From the NCBI GenBank assembly GCA_002269645.1, contig NIVC01000014.1, forward strand, positions 1-64,000: DNA of 64,000 nucleotides, written 5' to 3'. Source of the DNA: Macrostomum lignano. Taxonomy: Eukaryota. Shown here one piece after another: positions 1 through 13,372 of the stretch (positions within the stretch are counted from its first letter, which is position 1; each line of letters opens with the position of its first letter). The notes under the pieces were generated by a model. The model was not told the origin of the DNA and searched no databases. It saw nothing but the letters and a program-made list of their open reading frames with translations. A program made the position numbers and the translations under genes.

Positions 1-1
1 T

Positions 2-145
2 TGGATCTATCGATACTTTGCCGAAGGCTACTTGGATTGATTGTTGTAATGTCTGGCTGCTTGCAGACCTGCCTGTATGCCGACTTCTTCTATTTGTACG
101 TCACTAAAGTGCTTAGCGGTCGAAAGGATTAGTCTGCCAGCTTAG
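2..145 (+). CDS. KDELR: 3' end of ER lumen protein-retaining (KDEL) receptor, with two apparent 1-nt frameshifts (near 38 and near 124)
   Basis: Frame-corrected translation [12 protein letters not shown]-(L)[28 protein letters not shown](R)ISLPA* matches the conserved KDELR/ERD2 C-terminus (QTxLYxDFFYLY, KVLxGKKLSLPA). AATAAA near 593. Confidence 0.85.
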
Positions 146-802
146 ATTAATGTATTAGCCATAGAATACATAGTTTAGAGCATAAATAATGCTGTTAAAC
201 AAGCCAGGTAACACATACGTGTATTTGAAATAATTAAAACCAAAACGATATGAAGGAAACCAAAGCAAAATGATACTACTGAATAAAAATAGCATAGTTG
301 TATCTGCCAGTTTTTAGTCAATATTCATTCAGCTTGTTTTGCTTAAAAACTTCCATAAAGTCGACGCATCGGTTTGAAAGTAGATTTTTGTCTTCCATTC
401 AGTAGTTATTGATTAATTTAATAAAAGAATTTCAATCTTGATTTTTTAATTATCCATGAGAGGTGATCATTCACTATAGCTTAATAATTTTTAATTCTGT
501 ATTGCGATATTTTCATTTAACATGTTTTAATTTTTTTACCTGTTGTTCACTGCTATTTAATTCGGCAACTTCCCAATGCGTTGACATTGTGCAATAAAAA
601 TTAGCATACCAAAAATGCCTTTCATATTTATTGATGTTTGCTATTTTATCTGTCATTTTGTAGTGTTTTTGATACTGATTTTTATTGATTATACTAATGG
701 AAAATTCAGGTCATTTTATTTTCAGTTTGCAGCGTGTCTTTTTTAAAACATTCTTTATTCTGCTGTAGTTTTATTGATTTTTTAGACAATTTAGTGACTT
801 AG

Positions 803-1757
803 TGGGTCACTGACAGACAGAGGGTCACTGACAGAGACAGAGGGTCACTGACAGAGACAGAGGGTCACTGACAGTCGGAGGGTCACTGACAGAGACAGAG
901 GTCACTGACAGACAGAGGGTCACTGACAGAGACAAAGGTCACTGACAGACAGAGGGTCACTGAAGGAGACAGAAGGTCACTGACAGACAGAGGTCACTGA
1001 CAGACAGGGACAGAAGGTCACACAGACAGAGGGTCACTGACAGTCGTAGGGTCACTGACAGTCGGAGGGTTACTGACAGAGACAGAGGGTCACTGACAGT
1101 CGGAGGGTCACTGACAGAGACAGGTCACTGACAGACAGGGTCACTGACAGAGACAAAGGTCACTGACAGACAGAGGGTCACTGACAGTCGTAGGGTCACT
1201 GACAGAGACAGAGGGTCACTGACAGTCGGAGGGTCACTGACAGAGACAGAGGTCACTGGCAGACAGAGGGTCACTGACAAAGATAGGGGGTCACTGACAA
1301 AGATAGAGGGTCACTGACAAAGACAGAGGGTCACTGACAGAGACAGAGTCACTGACAGAGACAGAGGGTCACTGACAGTCGGGGGGTTACTTACAGACAG
1401 AGGGTCACTGACAGTCGGGGGTTACTTACAGACAGGGTCACTTACAGTCGGGGGGGTTACTCACAGACAGGGTCACTGACAGTCGGGGTTACTTACAGAC
1501 AGAGGGTCACTGACAGTCGGGGGTTACTTACAGACAGAGGGTCACTGACAGTCGGGGGTTACTTACAGACAGAGGGTCACTGACAGTCGGGGGGTTACTT
1601 ACAGACAGAGGGTCACTGACAGTCGGGGGGTTACTTACAGACAGAGGGTCACTGACAGTCGGGGGGTTACTGACAGACAGGGTCACTGACAGTCGGGGGG
1701 TTACTTACAGACAGGGTCACTGACAGTCGGGGGGTTACTTACAGACAGTCACTGACG
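803..1757. repeat. Minisatellite, about 19-21 bp core GAGGGTCACTGACAGA(GA)CA, grading into an approximately 35 bp composite unit
   Basis: Direct reading of tandem units between KDELR and HADHB. Confidence 0.9.
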
Positions 1758-1948
1758 GAGTAGAAGAGTAAGACAAAGTCGAGGGGTGTTGATTGACAGA
1801 GTCGCCTTTTTATTTTGAAGTCAGAAAAGTTTTGAAACAGTGCTTAAATTTAGTTTTAATTTTTTATCGCGCAATATTTAATGCTACTGTCTATTTCTGT
1901 GAATTTATAATCCTTTAAAGTCGAACCGCAAACCATACGCAACACACA

Positions 1949-4900
1949 ATGCTTCGCTCTCTAAATTTAAACGCGCCTATCGCCTCTTCTGGTCGATTTC
2001 TGCTGCAACAGCAGCACCGACAGTCTGTCCGCCTGTTGTCCGCGGCTCCGGCTGCCGCGAAACCCGCCGATTCAAAGCGACGCAGCTTAGCTAAACCGGA
2101 CCGGCCCAACATAGTTCTAGTTGAAGGCGTCCGGACTCCGTTTCTGCAGAGCGGCACCGATTATAAGCGTTTGATGCCGCACGATTTGGCTAGGCACTCC
2201 CTACTGACTCTGGCTAATAGGACTAAGCTGGATAAGTCCATTGTTGACTACATTGTTATGGGCACGGTTATTCAAGAGGTTAAGACTAGTAACATTGCTA
2301 GGGAGGCGGCTCTGGGCGCCGGCTACTCTGACCGGATTCCGGCTCATACGGTTACTCAAGCTTGCATCTCGTCTAATCAGGCTATCACCACCTGTATGGG
2401 CTTGCTAGCAACCGGGCTGCTCAAGTATGCATTGCTGGCGGTGTGGAGTTCATGTCCGATGTGCCAATTCGATTGAACAGGTATTTTTTGTGTCATGCTA
2501 CCCATCATGCTACCCATATCAGCACACACAGGTCTCTAATCATGCTAGCATATCAGCACCCAGGTCTCTAATCATGCTACCCATATCAGTACACCCAGGT
2601 CTCTAATCATGCTACCCATATCAGCACACACAGGTCTCTAATCATGCTAGCCATATCAGCACACAGGTCTCTAATCATGCTAGCATATCAGCACCCAGGT
2701 CTCTAATCATGCTACCCATATCAGTACACACAGGTCTCTAATCATGCTAGCATATCAGCACACACAGGTCTCTAATCATGCTACCCATATCAGCACACAC
2801 AGGTCTCTGATCATGCTAGCATATCAGCACACACAGGTCTCTAATCATGCTACCCATATCAGTACACACAGGTCTCTAATCATGCTAGCATATCAGCACA
2901 CACAGGTCTCTAATCATGCTACCCATATCAGCACACACAGGTCTCTGATCATGCTACCCATATCAGTACACACAGGTCTCTAATCATGCTACCCATATCA
3001 GCACACACAGGTCTCTAATCATGCTAGCATATCAGCACACACAGGTCTCTAATCATGCTACCCATAGCAGCACACACAGGTCTCTAATCATGCTAGCATA
3101 TCAGCACACACAGGTCTCTAATCATGCTAGCATATCAGCACACACAGGTCTCTAATCATGCTAGCATATCAGCACACACAGGTCTCTAATCATGCTAGCA
3201 TATCAGCACACACGGGTCTCTAATCATGCTAGCAGCACATACAGGTCTCTAATCATGCTAGCATATCAGCACACACAGGTCTCTAATCATGCTAGCAGCA
3301 CACACATGTCTCTAATCATGCTAGCATATCAGCAGACACAGGTCTCTGATCATGCTAGCATATCAGCACACAGGTCTCTAATCATGCTAGCATATCAGCA
3401 CACACAGTCTCTAATCATGCTAGCATATCAGCACACACAGGTCTCTAATCATGCTAGCATATCAGCACACACAGGTCTCTAATCATGCTAGCAGCACACA
3501 CATGTCTCTAATCATGCTAGCATATCAGCAGACACAGGTCTCTGATCATGCTAGCATATCAGCACACAGGTCTCTAATCATGCTAGCATATCAGCACACA
3601 CAGTCTCTAATCATGCTAGCATATCAGCACACACAGGTCTCTAATCATGCTAGCATATCAGCACACACAGGTCTCTAATCATGCTAGCAGCACACACAGG
3701 TCTCTAATCATGCTAGCAGCACACACAGGTCTCTAATCATGCTAGCATATCAGCACACAGGTCTCTAATCATGCTAGCAGCACACACAGTCTCCAATCAT
3801 GCTAGCAGCACACACAGGTCTCTAATCATGCTAGCATATCAGCACACAGGTCTCTAATCATGCTAGCATATCAGCACACAGGTCTCTAATCATGCTAGCA
3901 TATCAGCACACAGGTCTCTAATCATGCTAGCAGCACACACAGTCTCCAATCATGCTAGCAGCACACACAGGTCTCTAATCATGCTAGCATATCAGCACAC
4001 AGGTCTCTAATAATGCTAGCATATCAGCACACAGTCTCTAATCATGCTAGCAGCACACACAGGTCTCTAATCATGCTAGCATATCAGCACACAGTCTCTA
4101 ATCATGCTAGCATATCAGCACACAGGTCTCTAATAATGCTAGCATATTAGCACACAGTCTCTAATCATGCTAGCATATCAGCACACAGGTCTCTAATAAT
4201 GCTAGCATATCAGCACACAGTCTCTAATCATGCTAGCATATCAGCACACAGGTCTCTAATCATGCTAGCATATCAGCACACACAGGTCTCTAATCATGCT
4301 AGCAGCACACACAGGTCTCTAATCATGCTAGCAGCACACACAGGTCTCTAATCATGCTAGCATATCAGCACACACAGGTCTCTAATCATGCTAGCAGCAC
4401 ACACAGGTCTCTAATCATGCTAGCAGCACACACAGGTCTCTAATCATGCTAGCATATCAGCACACACAGGTCTCTGATCATGCTAGCATATCAGCACACA
4501 GGTCTCTAATCATGCTAGTAGCACACACAGTCTCCAATCATGCTAGCAGCACACACAGGTCTCTAATCATGCTAGCATATCAGCACATAGGTCTCTAATC
4601 ATGCCATCCACCCACCCCTCAATCCAGGAACACACGCAGCCACCTGCTATCCATGCGCAAAGCCAAGAGTCTGCCAGACCAGCTGTCAGTTGGAGGCAGA
4701 ATTCTTGGCTCCCTAACTGGCGGAGTTGAACTGCCAGCCGTGGCGGAATTCTCTACTAACGAGACTATGGGCCATTCAGCTGACCGCTTGTGCGCAGCGT
4801 TCGGCATCAGCCGTCGGGCTCAGGATGAATTCGCGCTTCGCAGTCACACATTGGCAGCTCAGGCCGCTAAGGATGGCCTACTGACCGAAATTGAGCCGTT

Positions 4901-6230
4901 CAAGGTTTGCTTTGATTGTTTTGTTTACATTTCCACTCGATGAATCATTGTTTATTTAAAGTTCGGATTAATCATCCTGTAAACTAAATCTACAGAAAAT
5001 GTCAGTTCCGAATCAATGATCTTCAATCATCGTGTTGAAGGTCTTGTAGGTGTGCTCTTGATCACGCTCTTGATGTGCTAAAATCTACAGAAGGTTTCAA
5101 TCATTGTGTTGAAGCCGTTTAGACTGAAGTTCTTCAATCATCGTGTTGAAGTTCCCGACGGTCTGTCAGTCTAATCACGTACCACAATCTTTAGAAGTTA
5201 CATTACGCTGAAGTTCAATCATCGTGTTGAAGTTCCCGACGGTCTGTCAGTCTAATCACGTACCACAATCTTTAGAAGTTACATTACGCTGAAGTTCAAT
5301 CATCGTGTTGAAGTTCCCGACGGTCTGCCAGTCTGATCACGTACCACAATCTTTTGAAGTACAATCATCGTGTTGAAGTTCCCGACGGTCTGCCAGTCTG
5401 ATCACGTACCACAATATTTTGAAGTACAATCATCGTGTTGAAGTTCCCGACGGTCTGTCAGTCTAATCACGTACCACAATCTTTAGAAGTTACATTACAC
5501 TGAAGTTCAATCATCGTTTTGAAGTTCCTGACAGTCTGTCATGCTGTGGAACTGCAGAAAATCCACAGGTTTCTAAATCGCTAGTTAATTTGCATTCACG
5601 CAGGTGCCCGGAGTCGCTAACACCGTCTCCCGCGACAATGGCGTCCGTCCTAGCAGCATGGAAGCGATGAGCAAGCTCAAACCGGCCTTTGTCAAGCCTC
5701 ACGGCACCATCACAGCTGCCAATGCCAGCTTCCTCACTGATGGAGCCTCGGCCTGCCTTCTAACCACCGAGGAGACGGCCAAACGACTCGGCTTGAAGCC
5801 GAAAGCTTACCTGCGCGATTTCATGTACGTTAGCCAGGACCCGAAAGATCAACTGTTGCTAGGGCCTGCCTATGCGACGCCGCGTATTCTAGAGCGCAAC
5901 GGTCTGAGCCTGGCAGATATTGACGCTTTCGAATATCACGAAGCATTCGCTGGTCAGATATTGGCTAATTTAGCCGCTTTGGATTCGGACTATTTTGCTA
6001 AGCAATACATGGGCAGGCAGGCTGGCAAGTATGGCGCTCCGCCTATGGACAAATTGAACTGCTGGGGCGGCAGTCTGTCTATTGGGCACCCGTTCGGAGC
6101 TACTGGCGTACGCTTGGTCACGTGCGCAGCTAATCGCCTGTTGAAGGGCAGCGGCCAGTTAGCTTTGGTTGCGGCGTGCGCTGCTGGCGGTCAGGGACAC
6201 GCTATGCTGGTTGAGGCCTATCCTCAGTAG
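1949..6230 (+). CDS. HADHB: Mitochondrial trifunctional enzyme beta subunit (3-ketoacyl-CoA thiolase); exons 1949-2480, 4628-4904, 5604-6230; 1-nt deletion near 2416-2418
   Basis: Arg-rich transit peptide, VEGVRTPF, thiolase catalytic Cys (QACISSNQA), His ([10 protein letters not shown]) and Cys (ACAAGGQG). GT-AG junctions join in phase (AG|G, AAG|GTG). A frame change at ACCGGGCTG restores [19 protein letters not shown]. Confidence 0.95.
2495..4605 (+). repeat. Minisatellite filling HADHB intron 1, about 28-34 bp unit GTCTCTAATCATGCTAGCATATCAGCACACACAG
   Basis: Roughly 60-65 tandem variant units; includes an approximately 196 bp higher-order duplication (identical ORF translations from about 3255 and from 3451). 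Confidence 0.95.
5005..5530. repeat. Tandem repeat (about 60-82 bp units, core CAATCATCGTGTTGAAGTTCCCGACGGTCTG) in HADHB intron 2
   Basis: Five near-complete copies plus degenerate flanking copies. Confidence 0.85.
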
Positions 6231-6539
6231 TTTTACTGTTATTATTACTATCAGTAGTAGCAGTAGTATATTAGATATGGAAGATCAATTAAAGTTGCTC
6301 GAGAAAATATTCTGGGTGTCATTTTGACGTTATTTGTTTCTGAATTTGAAAAAATCGTTTTATAACTATATATTGCTATGTAAGCTGAATCGTAAAGTTT
6401 TTTCTGTTAAAGAATTTTCCGTTTAATATCATAACTACTAATAAGAGTAAGTCTGACGTCTACATTATACTTAGTCTATATTTTGGTCTATAATTAAGCA
6501 GGCACACAAACTTAGTCGTTAGGCTGTTATTAATGTGCC

Positions 6540-7260
6540 GTCTGTTGTTGTTGTTAAACGGGGATGGAAAGCCAGGGGCTTACCGCGGATCAGCCCGAAA
6601 GGGGGCTCTGCCGCAGGGATCTGACTGTGGGCCATACTGCCAGGGGCATGTAGCCCGAGAGGCCACGATTGGGACCAGAGCTCAGGACTCTGGTGAGAGC
6701 AGGAGCATTGGTGCTACTAACCCAAACCTACGGTACAAGACACCGCCAACCCAAAAGTGGAATCAGGGACGGTGCTAGGACCGAGTCCACCCAGGCCACC
6801 ACCCAGCAGACAAAGTCCTCGGGAGTGCGCTGAAAAAATTGGAAATGCGTAAAAAGTTTGGGTTATTACTGAAAGCGGTCCGAGAGCGGGGAAACCCCGA
6901 AGTCTACGGAAATGGCTTGATTATTGGAGCGAGTCTGGAAGGCTTGTTTCCGAGGGCGTGACTCTAGGCAGGAAGACCGTCTACCGGCTACAAACCCAAG
7001 GGTATCGCCTATCCAGCTCTGTATTGGAGGCCAGGCCAAGGGGTCGGGAAGGGGCACAAGGGGCAAGAGGACCCGGACTCAGCCGGTATCCCCGATTCGG
7101 GACAAACATCCAACCCAGGACACCAATCCACTGTCAGGATGAGAGCCAGAGACACTTAGGCAGGGAGACAACCAGAGGAGCCAGCAGATGGACCAAGTAC
7201 AGCGCAGGATTGACCGGGCAGGGAGGGCAGAGCTCATAACTCCGGAAAATTAGAGCGGCA
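6540..7260 (-). mobile_element. Probable 3' end of a non-LTR retroelement with an (AAC)n tail
   Basis: GC-rich island in AT-rich intergenic DNA ending on the minus strand in AACAACAACAAC. No protein motif recognised. Confidence 0.35.
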
Positions 7261-8069
7261 GTCAAAGGCCTTACATTAAGATAAAACTGATAAAAATGTG
7301 CCGTTTAGACATTGGTCAACTTCTACACTACACAGTAAGTTAAAGTGGTAATTTATACTAAATAGGCCTCAAAGTAGTAAGTAGACGAAAAACAGGAGTT
7401 TTCTTTAACCGAGAGCAAAACTTCTGGGGCACTTGTGTAGATACCTATAGTAAGCTAAAATATTGCTGATAAGATCAATTGTGCATTATCTTTTTGTTTG
7501 AACGGAGAACTGCATTCTTTACAATAGTTTTTGTGCTTAAAAATGAAACCAGTTTTAAGTATGTAGTAGTAAGTTTATTAGTTATTATTGCCAATAATTC
7601 CATCTATTAAGATTGTGACTGGCACACATTGTTAAGTTGAGTTGAATATCAACATTTGACATTTAATAGACTTCAGTTATTGAATATGGTTGCGAATATG
7701 GCTAGTGTCTTCTGGCCTTTTCTATTTACTATTAAGTCCATAAATTTACTAGTATAAAACCTTTTAATCATCGTTTTCTTATCCATAAATACAACCATAA
7801 AATGATGCGTGAGTGTGGAACGGTGCGCTAATTAATAAATACTTTATTTCGAGGAATTCAAGTATCGTTGCGTGCTGGTTTCTTTTGTTGTTATAACTAG
7901 CCGCACTGTTTGCTTACTTCTCTCTGCCTTTTGTGATTGATTGACAGGTAGCTAACTTTAATTCTCTTCGGTTATTGATCTTATCGTTTTCTTGTTGTTC
8001 TTCTCTGCTAATAGGGGTAATAGTATAACTATAATAGTTCTAAGGATAGCTTGTTGCAGTCTAGGCTAT

Positions 8070-9418
8070 AACACACTTAAACGATAGACACCTGTATAAC
8101 AACACACTTAAACGATAGACACCTGTATAACAACACACTTAAACGATAGACACCTGTATAACAACGCACTTAAACGATAGACACCTGTATAACAACACAC
8201 TTAAGCGATAGACACCTGTATAACAGCACACTTAAACGTTAGACACCTGTATAACAACACACTTAAACGATAGACACCTGTATAACAACACACTTAAACG
8301 ATAGACACCTGTATAACAACACACTTAAACGACAGACACCTGTATAACAACACACTTAAACGATAGACACCTGTATAACAACACACTTAAGCGATAGACA
8401 CCTGTATAACAGCACACTTAAACGATAGACACCTGTATAACAACACACTTAAACGATAGACACCTGTATAACAACACACTTAAACGATAGACACCTGTAT
8501 AACAACACACTTAAGCGATAGACACCTGTATAACAGCACACTTAAACGTTAGACACCTGTATAACAACACACTTAAGCGATAGACACCTGTATAACAACA
8601 CACTTAAGCGATAGACACCTGTATAACAACACACTTAAGCGATAGACACCTGTATAACAGCACACTTAAACGTTAGACACCTGTATAACAACACACTTAA
8701 ACGATAGACACCTGTATAACAACACACTTAAACGATAGACACCTGTATAACAACACACTTAAACGATAGACACCTGTATAACAGCACACTTAAACGATAG
8801 ACACCTGTATAACAACACACTTAAACGATAGACACCTGTATAACAACACACTTAAACGATAGACACCTGTATAACAACACACTTAAACGATAGACACCTG
8901 TATAACAACACACTTAAACGATAGACACCTGTATAACAGCACACTTAAACGATAGACACCTGTACAACAACACACTTAAACGACAGACACCTGTATAACA
9001 ACACACTTAAACGATAGACACCTGTATAACAACACACTTAAACGATAGACACCTGTATAACAGCACACTTAAACGATAGACACCTGTACAACAACACACT
9101 TAAACGATAGACACCTGTATAACAACACACTTAAACGATAGACACCTGTATAACAACACACTTAAACGATAGACACCTGTATAACAGCACACTTAAACGA
9201 TAGACACCTGTACAACAACACACTTAAACGACAGACACCTGTATAACAACACACTTAAACGATAGACACCTGTATAACAACACACTTAAACGATAGACAC
9301 CTGTATAACAACACACTTAAACGATAGACCCCTGTATAACAACAAACTTAAACGATAGGCACCTGTATAACAACACACTTAAACGATAGACACTTGTATA
9401 CCAATACACTTAAACGAT
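8070..9418. repeat. 31 bp minisatellite ACACTTAAACGATAGACACCTGTATAACAAC
   Basis: About 43 highly homogeneous tandem copies. Confidence 0.95.
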
Positions 9419-9948
9419 TACAGCTTAATCAGTTGAAATACGAGTATTCACTTTACTAGTAGATACATGTATAACTGAATGTCTTCAAGTTAGAATTCAT
9501 TAACTTCAAATTTAAATAGTTGTGTGAACTTAACATGTACGCGCTATGGTACATCTGCAACATAGCAGGTTTAACTGTTTCCACTCTTACACGTATACAG
9601 TAGTACAATATAGTTTCGCTTGATCGCAATGAGGCGACGAAGAGTTTAAGACTTCTATCAATTGCATTTTAAGGTTCAGTAATCTATAAGCATGAAAGCT
9701 AAAGACTTTTGCAGCTTTTCGAGGTTAGAGAGGCTTAGAAATACAAATTTTAGAGTAGAAAGTATTGGTATTTGATTTGATTTTGAACTGTCTGACTGAT
9801 TTTGGACGCTTAAAACACCCGGTTAATATATAATCAGTAGAGTGGTATAGTATGATAGGCAGTTTATAATTAAAGTGCTAAAAAATTACACTTGTACCTT
9901 GCACCTGTCGTGATCCTATAGCACGCATGCTTCCATACACTTTTCCAG

Positions 9949-11686
9949 CCTACCGTAAAGTATCACGTGACCGTCAGCTTCCACCGCGTGTCGGTCGATT
10001 GCTGCCCAGAATTCCAACCGAGTCAGTTAGGCGTTGCTTTAGTTAAATCGACGAAACGGCGCTCCACGGAGCTCTCTGATTGGTCGGCACAGGCAGCCAA
10101 TCCGAGCGTTCGCTGCGTTAATTGGCTCTCGCCTCAAACTGTTGATTTAACGGCCAAGTTTAAATTCCGAAATGATTCAACGGAGCGCGGCCGCTATCAA
10201 GACAAGATCTGGCGACTACAAGTTGAGACTAAGAAGCGAAAGACCATCATGCCTAATAGCCGGGTTGAGGTAGCTCGATGTCGCATCAACTTGGCTGAGT
10301 TTGTCAGCTCTGACCTAATTGAGCAGAGAGTTTCTGAATTAGCGACTTACAGTCTGACGCCCACCGATCCTAGACTGGTCAGTGGAGTTTTTCCGAACTC
10401 TATGTAATTAGGGTTGCACTATTTGGAAGTGTAGCTTCCTACTTGTAAGTAGTATTAGAGTGGCTATAACAAATACCCTTTTCACTCATTCACTTTTTAC
10501 CCACATTACAGGTAACTGCTGCAAGTGTGTCGCTAACCGTCTATACAATCGGGATTAAAAATCCTGATGAAGGATTTCTAAGGCCAAATCAGCAACTAAA
10601 CGACTCTGATGTTGGTGGTGGTGGCTCTGATGAACCACCAGTAACTTCGCCGTGTTTTTCCAAAGCGCAGGCCCTCGCTACGAACCAATCAAATACTTCT
10701 CAAACGTTAGCAGAGCTTTCGTCAGACAAGGATGCCTTGATTCAGGGTACTCAAGGTGCTCAGCCTCTGGTTGATGCAGCTGCCGGGGACCCAGTTGCAG
10801 TGACCGGTTTGCAGAAGTCTCTAGTTGATGCAGCTGCCGGGGACCCAGTTGCAGTGACCGGTTTGCAGAAGTCTCTAGTTGATGCAGCTGCCGAGGACCC
10901 AGTTGCAGTGACCGGTTTGCAGAAGTCTCTAGTTGATGCAGCTGCCGAGGACCCAGTTGCAGTGACCGGTTTGCAGAAGTCTCTAGTTGATGCAGCTGCC
11001 GAGGACCCAGTTGCAGTGACCGGCTTGCAGAAGTCTCTAGTTGATGCAGCTGCCGAGGACCCAGTTGCAGTGACCGGCTTGCAGAAGTCTCTAGTTGATG
11101 CAGCTGCCGAGGACCCAGTTGCAGTGACCGGCTTGCAGAAGTCTCTAGTTGATGCAGCTGCCGAGGACCCAGTTGCAGTGACCGGTTTGCAAAGTTGCCA
11201 AACTACAAACGATGACAAACAGTTTAATCTCTCTATTTTGAGTAGTACTACTTCGATTCCTGAGTCGGGTAATCAGTCAGAGCTGAGGCTGGATTCGCTG
11301 AAGTCAAATGAAGCATTGCGCGATATCGCTAGGACACGAGTAAATATAAATGATACGCTTCAGCTGCAGTCGCTTCTCGCTAGAAGTTCCAGGAGCCATT
11401 TGCCGAATCAAATGCCTGCTGTTGTTTCTCACCAAGAGTCGCGCCAACAATTCCTGGAACTCACTGACAGTCTTATTTCGTGGACGAAGGAGGCGCTGAA
11501 AAGCTATCCGCTGGTGTGCAATTCAGACTGGGCTGTTGCGGGATTTCGCGACGGTGTGGTTCTGTGCGCCATCATTCACAAGCACAGACCGGATCTAATT
11601 GATCTTCGAGCTGTCATCGGGACTGGAGGCAACGCTCGCAGGTTTTCTATGGTGATGGAGGCCGCTAATGTTCTCGGCATTGAACG
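9949..11686 (+). CDS. EHBP1-family gene A: NT-C2 (EEIG1/EHBP1-type C2) domain, 18-aa repeat linker and calponin-homology domain; exons 9949-10377 and 10512-11686; start possibly ATG 9927 with a 1-nt frameshift; terminal exon not identified
   Basis: KYHVTVSFHRVSVDC...VARCRINLAEF resembles the EHBP1 NT-C2 (ALATSSINMKQY). LISWTKEALKSY...GFRDGVVLCAIIHKHRPDLID is a type-2 CH motif. The phase-0 junction CTG|GTCAGT...TTACAG|GTA keeps frame. Confidence 0.75.
10767..11192 (+). repeat. Coding VNTR, 54 bp x 8 (SLVDAAAEDPVAVTGLQK)
   Basis: In-frame tandem repeats in the NT-C2/CH linker of gene A. Confidence 0.95.
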
Positions 11687-11797
11687 GTGAGAGTGGTCAC
11701 TAACAGTTACTAATGAGTTTGTGTAACAATCATGCTCCATTCGGTAGACTTAACCACTAGGCTACAACCGAATGGAGCATGATTGTTACACAAACTC

Positions 11798-12890
11798 GGG
11801 TCTATGAAATTTGCTTGCGAGAAGTTTGCTTGCGGGACTTTTGCTTGCCGAACTTTGCTTGCCGAACTTTGCTTGCCGAAGTTTGCTTGCCGAACTTTGC
11901 CTGCCGAACTTTGCTTGCCGAACTTTGCTTGCCGAAGTTTGCCTGCCGAAGTTTGCTTGCCGAAGTTTGCTTGCCGAAATTGCCTGCCGAAGTTTGCTTG
12001 CCGAAATTTGCCTGCCGAAGTTTGCTTGCCGAAGTTTGCCTGCCGAACTTTGCCTGCCGAACTTTGCTTGCCGAACTTTGCTTGCCGAAGTTTGCCTGCC
12101 GAAGTTTGCTTGCCGAAGTTTGCTTGCCGAAGTTTGCCTGCCGAAGTTTGCTTGCCGAAGTTTGCTTGCCGAAATTGCCTGCCGAAGTTTGCTTGCCGAA
12201 CTTTGCTTGCCGAGCTTTGCTTGCCGAACTTTGCTTGCCGAGCTTTGCTTGCCGAACTTTGCTTAACGAGCTTTGCTTGCCGAACTTTGCTTGCAGAAAT
12301 TTTGCTTGCCGAGGTTTGCCAGCCACAGTTTTCTTGCGGAATCTTAAAGAACCTATTATTGAGCTCTTGTATTTCTAATTTTTATTTTCTAAGATTCGTG
12401 GAAGTCGCCTATAGTGTTATGATTTTGTATGAGGATATGACGGATTTGAAAAGCCCTCCTAATGCAGAAATGGAATAATTGAGTTTTTTACTGGGAATAC
12501 ATTTTCAACAAAAATTGGACACAATTTCGAACAATGCACATATCGAATGATTTAGGCACCGAAGTGTACAGAATAGATTTTTTGGAAATGAACGTACATT
12601 GTACATCAATGTACATCATTTCTATATACTAAATTCTTAGAATGAAACTCTATAAGCCTAGTTTGAAAGCTTAGTGTCAAGTCAGTTTACGTCGACGCTG
12701 ATAAGAATCCACTTGCAAAGCATCTGTAGTAAGTAATAATTGACTGACCAACTTCACAAGCAATCAAAACAAGCAAGCAGACAAGAAAATAATTCGGCAA
12801 GTTAAAATCTTGCAATTGTGATTGCGAGTTTCAAGGAAACAGACATCAAAATTCCGCAAGCAAAGTTCGGCAAGCAAACGTCGTACTCCC
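11798..12890. mobile_element. Foldback/MULE-like non-autonomous element with subterminal 14-15 bp arrays (TTTGCTTGCCGAAG)
   Basis: Termini GGGTCTATGAAATTTGC and GCAAACGTCGTACTCCC match the termini of the element at 53408-54015. No TSD visible here. Confidence 0.6.
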
Positions 12891-13075
12891 TAGTGATTAG
12901 AGCGTCGGACCCACGACTGAAAGGTCGGAGGTTCGATTCTCGACCTACTGGACCCACTGGGGTAATTGAGAGTTTGTGGCGACTGGCGACACCCCCCAGT
13001 CCTTGGACTGAACAGCCGTACGCAGCCTTCAGATGCGCCGCGCAATAGCCCGATTGGGCCAGGTGTAATCAATTA
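12885..13075 (+). mobile_element. tRNA-derived SINE-like fragment (family 2)
   Basis: A-box-like TAGTGATTAG and B-box GGTTCGATTC with tRNA-like spacing, but no complete cloverleaf. Confidence 0.45.
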
Positions 13076-13076
13076 C

Positions 13077-13372
13077 TGTCATAAATGCGCAACAGTCGGC
13101 CGATCCGGCCGACCGATTTGGCGGCCAACCAAGGAAGTCGCAAAAATGCCCACCCAAAAAATACCAAAGTAGTAGTACTAAGTAGCTGACGAGGCATTTT
13201 GACTTAATAAGACAGTCATAGTTACTCCTGTCGTTTACCCAAAGTTGCGTTAATTTTGCATTAGGGTTTTTTTACATGTAAGTCGCATTTTTGGCCAAAA
13301 ACTACGTCGCATTTTTGTAAAAACTAAGTCGCATGGCCGACCGAATTTTGGAGGTTGCGCATGTATGATTAC
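13077..13372. mobile_element. Candidate MITE
   Basis: Imperfect inverted ends CATAAATGCGCAAC and GTTGCGCATGTATG; internal AGTCGCA repeats. Confidence 0.35.

Noticed and set aside
8070-9418. CRISPR-like regular 31 bp repeats (and other arrays in the window)
   Set aside because: Units are head-to-tail with no unique spacers, there are no cas genes, and the context is eukaryotic.
11779-12478. Cys/Leu-rich ORFs resembling LRR or metallothionein
   Set aside because: Translation of the subterminal array of a foldback element; open in several frames.
12885-12950. Possible tRNA gene
   Set aside because: A and B boxes are present but there is no acceptor stem or full cloverleaf; better explained as a SINE head. 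The same applies at 27372 and 56853.
13184-13240. CTGACGAG hammerhead-ribozyme-like core
   Set aside because: No stem II followed by GAAA; the other CTGANGA hits also fail.
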